From UHGV virus genome UHGV-0213312: a DNA stretch of 33,285 bases, one strand, 5' to 3'. The stretch comes from a virus. Positions 15,540 to 25,276 of this stretch are shown here, piece after piece. How positions within the stretch are numbered: position 1 is the first letter of the stretch; each line of letters starts with the position of its first letter. Below the pieces are notes generated by a model. That model saw only the letters and a list, made by a program, of their open reading frames with translations. It was not told the origin of the DNA and made no database searches. The translations under genes and the position numbers were made by a program.

Positions 15540-16118
15540 ATGGCAACCAGAAAAATGACGCGCAGGAACAGGCGAAGTAGCAAGCAGTCTAGCCGCAAAT
15601 CCCCAAAGCAGCAGTTGCGAGGGATTGTTAAGGACAAGCCAAAAAAGCCGCCTGTCAAGCCATCAAAACAGCCTGAACAGCCAGAGCCAGGACAGCCGAC
15701 GAAATACAAGCCAGAGTATTGCCAGCAACTCATTGACTATTTCTCGATTGAACCGCTTAAGATTGTCGCAGAGCAGAAAATAATTGGCACCGAGGGCGGC
15801 AAATACGTCTCGCGCCGCCTGCCACAACGTTTCCCGTGGTTTGAAGGCTTTGCCAGAAAAATTGGCGTTCACCGCAATACACTGAAGAATTGGTGTGCTG
15901 AGCATCCAGAATTCGCTGAGGCATACGATACCGCCAAGGATTTGCAACGCGAGTTCATCGTCGACGTGGCTTTGAGTGGTGCTGCACCGCCAAGCTTTGC
16001 TATCTTTACTATGAAAAACGTTTGCGGCTGGCGAGACGAGCGAGACCTGAAGCTGAGAAAAGCTAAAGAGGAAGGTGATATTGATGACGACGAGCTCAAG
16101 GCAGCCATCTTTGAATAA
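15540..16118 (+). CDS. terS: Terminase small subunit
   Basis: 'GQPTKYKPEYC', HTH 'FARKIGVHRNTLKNW..HPEF', 'IFTMKN'; directly precedes TerL; GGAG before ATG 15540. Confidence 0.85.
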   Translation: MATRKMTRRNRRSSKQSSRKSPKQQLRGIVKDKPKKPPVKPSKQPEQPEPGQPTKYKPEYCQQLIDYFSIEPLKIVAEQKIIGTEGGKYVSRRLPQRFPWFEGFARKIGVHRNTLKNWCAEHPEFAEAYDTAKDLQREFIVDVALSGAAPPSFAIFTMKNVCGWRDERDLKLRKAKEEGDIDDDELKAAIFE

Positions 16119-17643
16119 TCTCACCAGAGCGGATATTCTGCGGCTTTGCGACAAATACTGGAACACTGACCGCGACAAGCTGCGCCGCTATCTGCTAGCG
16201 ATATTCAAGCGGCGGGAGAATATTCATCTGTTCGGCTGGTTCATCGCACGGCCGTATTTTCCTTTGGAAACGCCGCCATTCCATAAAGAGATATTAGACC
16301 TAATCAGCAACAAGGAAAACCGACGAGTTGGTGTTATCGCACCGCGTGGACACGCGAAATCGACCACGGTGGATATGACATATCCTTTGTGGGCTGGCTG
16401 CTTTGAGCAGGAAGAATTCGTAGTGATAATCAGCGATACTTACACGCAGGCGGCTGAGTTTATCAACGCATTGAAAGATGAGTTTGAGCACAATCCAAAA
16501 ATCAAGTGGCTATTCGGCAATATGAGAGGCGATGATTGGCAAGATGGTGAGTTCGTATTGAGTAATGGCATTAAATACGCCGCCAAGGGTTCTGGCATGA
16601 AAATCCGCGGTATTCGCCACCGACATACCCGACCAACACTAATGATATTTGACGACATCGAGAACGACGAAAATATCAAGAGCGCCGAGCAACGCCAGAA
16701 GCTATATCACTGGTTCACCAAGGCGGCGATACCAGCATTAGCGAGAGGCGGGCGGGCTGTCATCATCGGCACTATCCTACACTTCGATAGCCTTGTGAAC
16801 AAGGTGATGAAGCAGCAAGATGTATTTAAGAGCTGGCAAACGCGGGTGTTTTACGCAATCACTACCGAGGAGGACGGCACAGAGCGGGCTTTGTGGCCGG
16901 AGCACCGCAGCCTTGAAAAATTAAGAGCTATGCGAGATGACCCGAGCGATCAGGAGTTCGTTGGCAGCATTGCTTTTGCGCAGGAGTATCAGCACAAGCC
17001 ATTCAGCGAAGAGGACGCTATCATCAAGCCTGATTGGATTAAAGAGTGTGATCCGAGCCAGGTACCAAATAAGCATGCACGGCTAGCACGAGTGCTGACA
17101 ATCGACCCTGCCGCCAGTGAACGCCAGACGGCCGACCCAACCGCTATGGGTGTCGCTGACCTGTACACCGACGGCAATGTCTATATACGTGCGATACGCA
17201 ACCAACGAACCTCGCCGAGTGTTACTGCTGATACGGTAAGGGAGCTTGATGAAATATACAAACCGCAGGTGATTGGCATAGAAGAGGGCGCGCTGGGGCT
17301 GGTGTTTCGGGATTTGCTGGCGGGATTGCCTGTCATTGGTTTAAAGCCTGATAAGGACAAAGTGCGGCGACTCTTAGCTGTGAGCCGATTCTTTGAGGCT
17401 GGCAGGATATACATCGTAAAGGATATTCAGAATGGGCAAGCGTTACGCGAGCAGCTGATTGAATTTCCGAAGGGGACGCATGATGACATGGTGGACATGG
17501 TGGTCTATGCGGTGCGGTTGCTGTTGGTAGAGGGAGCAGTCCAGGACTCTGACGGTTTTGATGAGAGCGGGGCGTACCACGAGAAGAGAAGTATGGATGA
17601 TGAAGATGAAGAAGATTGGTCGGATGATGATTATGTGGTATAA
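16075..17643 (+). CDS. terL: Terminase large subunit
   Basis: Walker A 'APRGHAKST', Walker B 'MIFDDIE', nuclease 'TIDPA' and 'HDDMVD'. Confidence 0.95.
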   Translation: MILMTTSSRQPSLNNLTRADILRLCDKYWNTDRDKLRRYLLAIFKRRENIHLFGWFIARPYFPLETPPFHKEILDLISNKENRRVGVIAPRGHAKSTTVDMTYPLWAGCFEQEEFVVIISDTYTQAAEFINALKDEFEHNPKIKWLFGNMRGDDWQDGEFVLSNGIKYAAKGSGMKIRGIRHRHTRPTLMIFDDIENDENIKSAEQRQKLYHWFTKAAIPALARGGRAVIIGTILHFDSLVNKVMKQQDVFKSWQTRVFYAITTEEDGTERALWPEHRSLEKLRAMRDDPSDQEFVGSIAFAQEYQHKPFSEEDAIIKPDWIKECDPSQVPNKHARLARVLTIDPAASERQTADPTAMGVADLYTDGNVYIRAIRNQRTSPSVTADTVRELDEIYKPQVIGIEEGALGLVFRDLLAGLPVIGLKPDKDKVRRLLAVSRFFEAGRIYIVKDIQNGQALREQLIEFPKGTHDDMVDMVVYAVRLLLVEGAVQDSDGFDESGAYHEKRSMDDEDEEDWSDDDYVV

Positions 17644-17702
17644 TCAAAGCATGAATTGCGGTTATCACAGCCGCATTTTTCTTTTTGGTCTAGGGTAGCC
17701 GC
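17634..17702 (+). promoter_or_regulatory. Extended -10 promoter plus leader switch (portal copy)
   Basis: TGTGGTATAAT overlaps the terL stop; TGCGGTT-atcac-AGCCGCA then TTTTTCTTTTT; alternative partner GGTAGCCGC at 17694-17702. Confidence 0.75.
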
Positions 17703-17723
17703 CTTATTGCGAGGAGCAAAGCA

Positions 17724-20693
17724 GTGGCATTTTTTAGAAAGAACAACCCAGAATCGACACAAAAAAATCTAACAAGTGAAATCGGCTTTGCCGGCGACAT
17801 TGTATTTGAGGGTTTTGACCGCGAAGAGTCACGTATTGACGAAATTAGCATCAAAGACTATCGTAAAATGCTTGATAATGATACGACGGTCGAAGCGTTG
17901 TATAACATCTTTACTATGAGCATTCTGGCAGCGACATACCATATTGACGCCGATAGTAACGATGAGGGGGAAGTACAAGCTGAGCTGGTACGGCGCAATC
18001 TACTAGAGCCACCACATAAGGGCGGAATGCAAACGCCAATGAGTCTGTTTATTGATCAATCTCTAGCGGCGATTTATGAAGGCTTCGCGCTGTTTGAAAA
18101 AGTCTATGAAGTGCGAGACGGCAGATTAGTACTCAAGAGGCTAGCGCACCGCGACAGTACCACGCTCACACTCATTCGTGACACGGATGGTGGCTTTGGC
18201 GGAACAAAACAGCGCGCTGCTGACTCCGATGGTGTTTATCACGAGGTGATTATTCCAGCACACAAATGCTTCCTGTTTACGTATGGCAAGAGCCGCAATT
18301 ATCTTTACGGCCGCAGTGCGTTCAAGCCACTGTATCCACGCTACGACAAGAAGCGTCGACTAGAGTATCTGGACAGTATTGCCTTGCAGGCTGATGCTAT
18401 CAAACCGAAAGTTTTGCGGCGTACCGCTGACGGCGTCGTCTCTGATCAGCTAAAGAAAGCACGAAATAAGGCATTGGATGTGTTAGGCAGACTAGGCAAG
18501 CGTAACTCCGTGGCGTCGTTACCATATGGCTATAAACTTGATGTGTTGAATACAGAGGGTCGTGATCCGCACCAGTCAATCGAACGGCAAAACTCGGAGA
18601 TGGCGCGTGCGTTTCATGCGAGCGTTATCCTTACTGCAACGCAAGGCTCGGCAAGTAATGTTGGCTCGTACAGCCTGAGCACCAACCAGAAGGACCTACT
18701 ACAAACAGCAATCACTGGTGTTATGCGGCTATTGGAAGCGCATATCAACCAATACCTCATCGCCGACCTCATTGACTTGAATTTTGCCGAACGACACTAT
18801 CCAGAATTTCATTTCGATACACCAGACGAATCGATTATCTCGGCGGTATTTGAGGCGTTCAAATTGCTTGTGCAAAAAGACAAGGTGTCAGATGATATTG
18901 CTGCTGGAATCGAGGAATCAACAGCGACACGCCTTGGCATTGACCTGGAGGCGATCAAAAAGCGGCGGCAGGAAGATACGGAAGATGACAAGGCCGCTGG
19001 TAAAGAGAACGAAAACGCGGATGATAACAAAGATGGAGGTTCTGGCGACGACGCCGGCAAATTTCTAGGCGAAGACGACAAGCTTGGCGAAGTTGCTCCA
19101 CCTGAGCCGCACGAGCATGTTGCGATTGACCGAGATTTGACCGACGCCGAGAAGCGCGTTAAGTTTGATGTGATCGAAAAGTGGATGGCTGAGCAGGAGG
19201 CGAGTTTTGAAACCGCAGCGACCGAGGAACTGCGTAAAGCGGTGGCTGATATCTCGCTCGATGAGGAGTTCACGCTGCCAGCTAGCTATTCTGCGCTGCT
19301 GGCAAAACAATATCGCACAGCTTACAACTACGGCAAGCTATCCGCGGCAGATGAGCAGAAGCTGCCAGCACCAGTTCTGAAAAAGGAGCTGAGGGCGCGA
19401 GAAAAACAATACGTGGATTTCATTATCAATATGCAGACTGAAGACGTGCGTAATATTATTGCTGGCGAGAAGTTGAAGCAGCCTATTAACTTGGCTGACG
19501 GTGACGGCGAGGACATTGATGAAGAATCTGGAGCACCTAACACTAGCGGTAAACAGGACGAAGCTGCCCGCAATACGATGTTGGAATCAATCGGGTTATT
19601 GACGAGTGCCTGGATTACTCAAGCAGTACTCGGCACTAAAGGCACTATTATCTCACAAGGTATGAACGATGGGCGTGATGATAGTTTTGCGTCGTTTGAT
19701 GAAGATGACGACACGGCTGCCTATCAGTGGTCGGCGCGGATGGAGAAAAACACCTGTCCAATTTGCGCCGAGCTAGACGGCAAGGTGATTTCTGCCAACG
19801 AACGCAGAACTACGTTCCAGCGTCCGCCAAAGCACATCAACTGTGGTTGCATTTGGGTGAGGGTGTCGGCGCTAAACAAGGACTATAAGTTGCCGGCGGT
19901 AACAGGGATTGATAATAAGCTCATTGAGCGGCTGGAATATATCCAGAGAACAACTAAAGCTGAGCTGGCAAGTACGATACCTGGGGCACTGAAATACACA
20001 AAGGCTGAACTATCGAGCATTGAGTCGTATAAAGGGAATGGATACATCAACATCAACCAGGCGCTGTTGGGCAATCATCCTATGAATCCGTATGCTGAGG
20101 CTGATATTAAACAGCTGGATAAAGCGATTAAAAAAACAAAGTTGGAGAAAGATATCGTACTATATCGCGGTATCGGGCTAGAATCAAAATTGTCGATTAA
20201 CGATATCGTTGATAATCCTAATTTTCTCTCTACTTCTACTAGCCCAAGAATATCGATAGAGTTTGCACAGCAGTCTGAAGCGAATAAATATGTGTTTATT
20301 TTCAGAGCCCCAAAGAATATGCCATATTTGGACATTGAAAAAACATTGGCAGATAATAATGTCAATTCAACAATTAACGAACGAGAATATTTACTGTCGC
20401 GAGGCAAGAAGCTTGTTGTAAAAAACCTCTCAAAGAGGGATAATGGAGTTATAGTAGCAGAGGTGGAGATGACGGACGATACAAAATACTTGGATGACAG
20501 CAACGACAGTATCCTCACTGAGGGTTTACTGAGGGAGATTGACGAATCGTACGAGCGCTCCAAAAAGCGCCTTGCTGATCCAAATTACAAACCGAGCCAA
20601 ACAGCCAGGCGCCTACATCACATCTGGCAAATGGACTCTGACTACTTTAATGAGCACCCTGAAGCTATCAAATCCAAAGATAACGATGAATAG
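17724..20693 (+). CDS. Portal (Mu gp29/DUF935-like) fused to a MuF head-morphogenesis domain and a C-terminal ADP-ribosyltransferase
   Basis: Position after terL; MuF motif 'TCPICAELDG..PPKHINCGC'; ART motifs 'SYKGNGYININQALL', 'LYRG', 'FLSTS', 'EREYLL'. Confidence 0.85.
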   Translation: MAFFRKNNPESTQKNLTSEIGFAGDIVFEGFDREESRIDEISIKDYRKMLDNDTTVEALYNIFTMSILAATYHIDADSNDEGEVQAELVRRNLLEPPHKGGMQTPMSLFIDQSLAAIYEGFALFEKVYEVRDGRLVLKRLAHRDSTTLTLIRDTDGGFGGTKQRAADSDGVYHEVIIPAHKCFLFTYGKSRNYLYGRSAFKPLYPRYDKKRRLEYLDSIALQADAIKPKVLRRTADGVVSDQLKKARNKALDVLGRLGKRNSVASLPYGYKLDVLNTEGRDPHQSIERQNSEMARAFHASVILTATQGSASNVGSYSLSTNQKDLLQTAITGVMRLLEAHINQYLIADLIDLNFAERHYPEFHFDTPDESIISAVFEAFKLLVQKDKVSDDIAAGIEESTATRLGIDLEAIKKRRQEDTEDDKAAGKENENADDNKDGGSGDDAGKFLGEDDKLGEVAPPEPHEHVAIDRDLTDAEKRVKFDVIEKWMAEQEASFETAATEELRKAVADISLDEEFTLPASYSALLAKQYRTAYNYGKLSAADEQKLPAPVLKKELRAREKQYVDFIINMQTEDVRNIIAGEKLKQPINLADGDGEDIDEESGAPNTSGKQDEAARNTMLESIGLLTSAWITQAVLGTKGTIISQGMNDGRDDSFASFDEDDDTAAYQWSARMEKNTCPICAELDGKVISANERRTTFQRPPKHINCGCIWVRVSALNKDYKLPAVTGIDNKLIERLEYIQRTTKAELASTIPGALKYTKAELSSIESYKGNGYININQALLGNHPMNPYAEADIKQLDKAIKKTKLEKDIVLYRGIGLESKLSINDIVDNPNFLSTSTSPRISIEFAQQSEANKYVFIFRAPKNMPYLDIEKTLADNNVNSTINEREYLLSRGKKLVVKNLSKRDNGVIVAEVEMTDDTKYLDDSNDSILTEGLLREIDESYERSKKRLADPNYKPSQTARRLHHIWQMDSDYFNEHPEAIKSKDNDE

Positions 20694-20712
20694 TTGTTGC
20701 TAGCATAGCCTT

Positions 20713-20769
20713 TGTGGTATAATAGTCGTAATGAATTGCGATCGCATGTAGGTCGCAATTTTTCTTTTT
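20713..20769 (+). promoter_or_regulatory. Extended -10 promoter plus leader switch (capsid operon copy)
   Basis: TGTGGTATAAT, AATTGCGATC-N7-GGTCGCAATT, then TTTCTTTTT. Confidence 0.75.
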
Positions 20770-20893
20770 GACATCGGAAGTTACCCTCTGTGAATTACTC
20801 TTGAATAATTGCAACACAAACATTTTACAGTTGATATTGTAAAACTCCACTTTCTCGCCTGCGTGCGGTCGCGGTTCAGCCAGGAGAAATCAT

Positions 20894-22027
20894 ATGAGTA
20901 TGCATGTTTTCATCAATCGAGACACAAAGGTAGAGCTAGCCGACAATGAGGGCGGTAAATATAAGCGTTTCAAGAAGCAGATTTGTCAGTTCGGTGAGTA
21001 TGTTGATCCAAACAACACCTCAAAAAGGATGGTGCTTGATAAGCTATTTGGAAAACGGCTGAAAGAGAACTTTGACGGCGGCAAATATGGCGTTGTGGCA
21101 GTGCCACTGGGTCATCCTAGGAATTCGTCCGAGCTGGCGGCTTGGAATAGAGGTGAAATGGTCAATATGGAGCTGACTGACGATGGAATCAACGCTGTCA
21201 TCGAGATACGAGACGACGAGACCGCAAAGAGTATTGAGAACCGCAATATTCCTGATGTATCAATGGGCTTTGAAGACAATTACCTCGACAAAAAGACCGG
21301 CAAATTTGTCGGGCCGCTATTGAAGCATGTCGGGCTGGTTGTCGACCCGTACATCAAAGGTATGCGGCGGTTTGTGCCGCTTGCCGATGAAGTACCGGCA
21401 GTATTGTTTAGTGATAGTCAAGATTATGAAAAGGAGGACAAGACTATGACAGTAAAAATTAAGAATGACCGCGAGTTTGATGTTGAAGTAACCTACGCGG
21501 TTGACGGAGAAAACAAAACCGAAACGGTCGCTGCTGGTGCTGAGATTGAAGTGCCAGAAGACCAAGCAGAAGCTGTGAAGCAGCAAATCGCCGACGCTGA
21601 AGCGCCAAAAGATAATGACAAAGAAAACGAGTTGTCTGAGCGCGAGAAAGCATTGGCTGATCGCGAAGCTGTGCTGGCAGAAAAGGAAGCTGCAGCAGCA
21701 AAGCGCGACGCTGAGGCGAAATTCAATAAGTTACTGAGTGATGGCAAGGTAGTGCCGGCTCAAAAGGACGCATTCATGGCGTTGTCTGAGGCATCAAGCA
21801 CTGAAATCCACCTATCTGATGATGAAACCAAGACCGTTGATACGTTATTAAGTGAGTTTATCGAGGCAAGTCCAAAGCTGAACTTGACCGACGAGAAAGG
21901 AACTGACGGCGAAGGCAACGGTGGCGGTGATGAAGTTCAGCTAAGCGAGGACGAACAAAGCCTGACAGACCTCGGCTTGAGCGAAGAAGATTTGAAAGAA
22001 ACTAAACGTCAGGAAAAGGGAGAATAG
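20894..22027 (+). CDS. Mu gpI-like prohead protease/scaffold
   Basis: 'H..AAW..G', 'VSMGF', 'LKHVGLV..PYIKGM'; acidic helical C-terminal half; position before the capsid genes. Confidence 0.8.
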   Translation: MSMHVFINRDTKVELADNEGGKYKRFKKQICQFGEYVDPNNTSKRMVLDKLFGKRLKENFDGGKYGVVAVPLGHPRNSSELAAWNRGEMVNMELTDDGINAVIEIRDDETAKSIENRNIPDVSMGFEDNYLDKKTGKFVGPLLKHVGLVVDPYIKGMRRFVPLADEVPAVLFSDSQDYEKEDKTMTVKIKNDREFDVEVTYAVDGENKTETVAAGAEIEVPEDQAEAVKQQIADAEAPKDNDKENELSEREKALADREAVLAEKEAAAAKRDAEAKFNKLLSDGKVVPAQKDAFMALSEASSTEIHLSDDETKTVDTLLSEFIEASPKLNLTDEKGTDGEGNGGGDEVQLSEDEQSLTDLGLSEEDLKETKRQEKGE

Positions 22028-22030
22028 CAA

Positions 22031-22408
22031 ATGGCTAATCTAACAGCTCCGCGAGACGACAGCCGACAAACCGGTGATTTGGTTGAAGTTGATGCGGGAA
22101 CAAATAAGATTTTTCACGGCGCTGCCGTGACAATCGCAAGCAACGGCTATGCACATGCTGGCGCTCCAAAAGAGCCTTTTGTAGGTGTCGCTCAGGAGTC
22201 CGTAACTGGTGGACTGGTGCGCGTGTACACTGAGGGTGTGGTGAGCTTTAACTGTGCGGCTGCTGTCGGTGTTCAAGCGAACGTAGGCAAGAATGTCGCG
22301 CTCGTTGATGACAATACTGTCGGTTTGGCAACAGGCAATGACGCTGTAGCCATCGGGATTATTACTAAAATTGAATCGACTACATCGGTTCGAGTTAAAC
22401 TACGATAG
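22031..22408 (+). CDS. Capsid cement/decoration protein (DUF2190-like)
   Basis: Small Gly/Val/Ala-rich beta protein between the scaffold and the major capsid gene. Confidence 0.7.
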   Translation: MANLTAPRDDSRQTGDLVEVDAGTNKIFHGAAVTIASNGYAHAGAPKEPFVGVAQESVTGGLVRVYTEGVVSFNCAAAVGVQANVGKNVALVDDNTVGLATGNDAVAIGIITKIESTTSVRVKLR

Positions 22409-22421
22409 AAAGGAATAGAAA

Positions 22422-23276
22422 ATGAGTTTGAATCCTACACAGCTCGGTCGCGCGGACCTGTACGTCAAGACAATTTTCCGCAAAGCAATGAGCGAAGAGT
22501 CGAACGACATAGCTAAAGATTTGTATACCATTACTCCAAACAAATCTGGTTTTGCGCGGATTTTGAACCTAACCGCCGTACCAGGCATGAGGCGTTGGGA
22601 GAGTGAGCGTCGACCAGGCACGTTCTCGTTCAACGTGGAGATGCAGAAAATTGGTAAATGGGAGCAGTCTGTTGCCGTTGACGGTGCAGATATCGAAGAC
22701 GACGAGCTTGGCATTTACAAATCAGGTATTGAAGAAATGGCTCTCGAAAACAAGTTGATGTACTCAGCCTTGGCTATCGAGGCTATCAACAAGGGCTTCG
22801 TCACGAAGTCTGGCGATGGACACAACTTCTTCTCTACTGAGCACGGCAACCTACAAACTGGTGACCTGACAGCTGCTAATTACGAAGCTGCTCGCCTGAA
22901 AGTCCAGACTCAGAAAGCTGAAAACGGCAAATCGTTTGGCTATCTCGTCGACACTTTGATCGTTGGACCAAACATGGAAAGCAAGGCGCGTGCTGTTGTC
23001 GAGAAAGAGAATCTTGCTGGCGGGGAAAGTAACACTAACTACCACACCGCAAAGATTTTGGTTATTCCGCAAATTACAGATAATAGCTGGTATGTTGCCT
23101 GCCTGAGTCGAAAGGTTAAGCCAGTTGAAGTGTGTGAACGCCGCCCAATTGGAAAGCTGCGCCAAATCCTGAAAGATCGCCAGGAAGACCAGGACGTCTA
23201 CACTTGGGGTACTGACGGTCGCTTTGACGCTGCGTATGCAAATTATCGATTAATTGCCGGTTCGGTGGGTTCTTAG
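22422..23276 (+). CDS. Major capsid protein (Mu gpT-like)
   Basis: 'VPGMRRW', 'DIEDDELGIY', 'DGHNFFSTEH', 'LIVGP', 'WGTDGR'. Confidence 0.9.
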   Translation: MSLNPTQLGRADLYVKTIFRKAMSEESNDIAKDLYTITPNKSGFARILNLTAVPGMRRWESERRPGTFSFNVEMQKIGKWEQSVAVDGADIEDDELGIYKSGIEEMALENKLMYSALAIEAINKGFVTKSGDGHNFFSTEHGNLQTGDLTAANYEAARLKVQTQKAENGKSFGYLVDTLIVGPNMESKARAVVEKENLAGGESNTNYHTAKILVIPQITDNSWYVACLSRKVKPVEVCERRPIGKLRQILKDRQEDQDVYTWGTDGRFDAAYANYRLIAGSVGS

Positions 23277-23285
23277 GAGGAAATC

Positions 23286-23465
23286 ATGGAAGATCAGCCA
23301 AAATCTGAAAACAAGAAAGCTCCAGAGCAGACCAGCCAGCCAAAATCTGAAAACAAGAAAGCTGAAAAAGCCTTCTGGGTTGATGGATTTGGCGTAACAA
23401 TGGCTAAATCGCAAGAGGCAGCTGAGAAGAAAGTTAAAAACATTCTTTCTGAGCAAAGCGAATAG
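23286..23465 (+). CDS. Small head-associated protein (59 aa) with an internal duplication
   Basis: AGGAGG SD; QPKSENKKA occurs twice (27-bp direct repeat at 23295 and 23337). Confidence 0.65.
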   Translation: MEDQPKSENKKAPEQTSQPKSENKKAEKAFWVDGFGVTMAKSQEAAEKKVKNILSEQSE

Positions 23466-23529
23466 CTTTCTGACACGGCGGCGGATAGGAGCATTTCCGC
23501 CGCCAGAATGAGAAAGGTATAAATTGCAG

Positions 23530-24231
23530 ATGACAGCGTATTACACAACACTACAAGACATACTCGAAGAGGCGGGTTTGCACCACGTTGAAAACGGCGT
23601 GTCCCTGAGCGGCCCAGCCGACGGCGTAAATACAACATTTACGACCGACCGCAAACCTATTACTGATCGTAATTTTGATGACGCAGTTACAGTTGATGAT
23701 TTTACTGTGTTTGTTGACGGTGTGCCAGTTAAGGCTGTTAGCGTAAATGAGGCGTTTGGTGTGATTGAGCTAGAAAAGGCACCAAAGAATGATTCGGTAG
23801 TGACAATCGACTATTCATATGCGTCTGTGCCGCTACGCGTGGTTGAACTGGCTCGCAAGGCGGCAATGGCTTGGATTGATAAGAGTATGGAGGGAGTTGA
23901 TCCCTGCGCGCCGTACGGCAAGTATGGCCGCGAGATACCAGGCAGGGTGGTGGAGCTGTGTACTAACTATGCGGCCGCTCGATTGCTGATCCGTGAATAC
24001 GGCTTTAACCAGGACATTGAGGGCACGAGCAAAGATGGCTATAAGCGGCTAGAGGTAGTAAAACAGGATATGCAAGAGTTTGTGAAATCTGGTGGTGTTT
24101 GCGGTGACGGCAGCGATGACCTGAGCGCTGGGCTTGGCGCTGTTGGTGCGCGATGTGACGGTGATTTGTTCGGTGATTTCCCAGACAGACGGCATCCGCG
24201 CAATGACGACTACTATGAGCGCGAGGATTAA
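23530..24231 (+). CDS. Head-tail connector/adaptor-like protein
   Basis: Position; 'YTTLQDI' N-terminus and 'IP..VVELC..YAAARLL' adaptor-like motifs around a beta-rich insert. Confidence 0.65.
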   Translation: MTAYYTTLQDILEEAGLHHVENGVSLSGPADGVNTTFTTDRKPITDRNFDDAVTVDDFTVFVDGVPVKAVSVNEAFGVIELEKAPKNDSVVTIDYSYASVPLRVVELARKAAMAWIDKSMEGVDPCAPYGKYGREIPGRVVELCTNYAAARLLIREYGFNQDIEGTSKDGYKRLEVVKQDMQEFVKSGGVCGDGSDDLSAGLGAVGARCDGDLFGDFPDRRHPRNDDYYERED

Positions 24232-24234
24232 GCT

Positions 24235-24642
24235 ATGGGCTTGCAGCTGGTATTCTCTGTTGAGGGACGCAAAGAAGTTTTGCGGGATTTAGATACGCGT
24301 GGGCGTAAAGCTAAAAACCTACAAGCACCGCTTAAAGAGTCCGCAGATTACATGATGAAAGTCATCGACCAGAACTTTGGCTCGCACGGTGGCGTGTGGG
24401 GCAAGTGGAAGCGACGCAAAAAGGCATATCCGTGGCGGATGCTCGAGAAAACTGGCGCAATGCGGCGTGGTTTTCGCAGTAGTATATACACGAAAAAAGC
24501 AGAAATATCTAACTTGCGCCCATATTTTAAGTATCATCAGTCGCGCCAACCGCGTAAATATCTGCCGCGCCGCGTAATGATGGCGATTGAGGAGCAGCAA
24601 GCAAGAGAAATAACGCGTATATTTCAGCGCCACATAATGTAA
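24235..24642 (+). CDS. Virion morphogenesis / tail completion protein (Mu gpG-like)
   Basis: 'LEKTGAMRR', 'YFKYHQ', 'LPRR'. Confidence 0.8.
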   Translation: MGLQLVFSVEGRKEVLRDLDTRGRKAKNLQAPLKESADYMMKVIDQNFGSHGGVWGKWKRRKKAYPWRMLEKTGAMRRGFRSSIYTKKAEISNLRPYFKYHQSRQPRKYLPRRVMMAIEEQQAREITRIFQRHIM

Positions 24643-24654
24643 CAGGAGGAAATC

Positions 24655-25164
24655 ATGGCAAAGTATGTCGATCCAATACTCAAGCAAATCAAGGACATCT
24701 TAGAAAAAGACGGCCCGGCAATTCTGCGTGGTCGGTATGGTTATGGCGACCCCGTTGTCATAAACAAAAGCCAGCTGACACGGCCGATGGCGTTTATTAG
24801 TTTTGATAATGATTATGAGATTCACGATTCAGCCGGCGGCGAAGTTGAGAGTAATATGGCGATCGTCTTGTGCGTAGTCGTGGATATGACCAAGGACTTC
24901 AATCAGGGGACAGATGCGCGCAGCCATCTTGAGCTGGTGGAACTAGTAGCGGCACGGCACGACGATATGACACTACGAAAGGGCAGTATTATCGGCGCGC
25001 TGAGAGCTAATCAAGACCCAGGTGAGCGTGTGTGGATTGATGCCGGCGAAGAGACAACAGTGGAGTTTGACGCGACACCACGCGACAAAGGGCTGTTCAC
25101 CGCCGAGGCTATTGTACGGTTCAAGGTTAAACACGCGCAATTCCGCCCAGACTTATTATCGTGA
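24655..25164 (+). CDS. Tail terminator-like protein
   Basis: Size and position before the tail tube gene; strong SD. Confidence 0.55.
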   Translation: MAKYVDPILKQIKDILEKDGPAILRGRYGYGDPVVINKSQLTRPMAFISFDNDYEIHDSAGGEVESNMAIVLCVVVDMTKDFNQGTDARSHLELVELVAARHDDMTLRKGSIIGALRANQDPGERVWIDAGEETTVEFDATPRDKGLFTAEAIVRFKVKHAQFRPDLLS

Positions 25165-25165
25165 T

Positions 25166-25245
25166 TGTGGTATAATTAGAGTAACAAATTGCGGTCTCCG
25201 AAGGTCGCAATTTTCTTTTTGCCTCTTTATAGGAGGCGCTTTTTT
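25166..25245 (+). promoter_or_regulatory. Extended -10 promoter plus leader switch (tail tube copy)
   Basis: TGTGGTATAAT, AAATTGCGGTCT..AGGTCGCAATTT, TCTTTTT; alternative partner GGAGGCGC at 25232-25239. Confidence 0.75.
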
Positions 25246-25276
25246 GTTACCTAGGTAATAATAAAAGGAGCAAGAA

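Noticed and set aside
23295..23363. 27-bp direct repeat as a regulatory or att site
   Set aside because: It is an in-frame duplication (QPKSENKKA) inside a small ORF with a strong SD.
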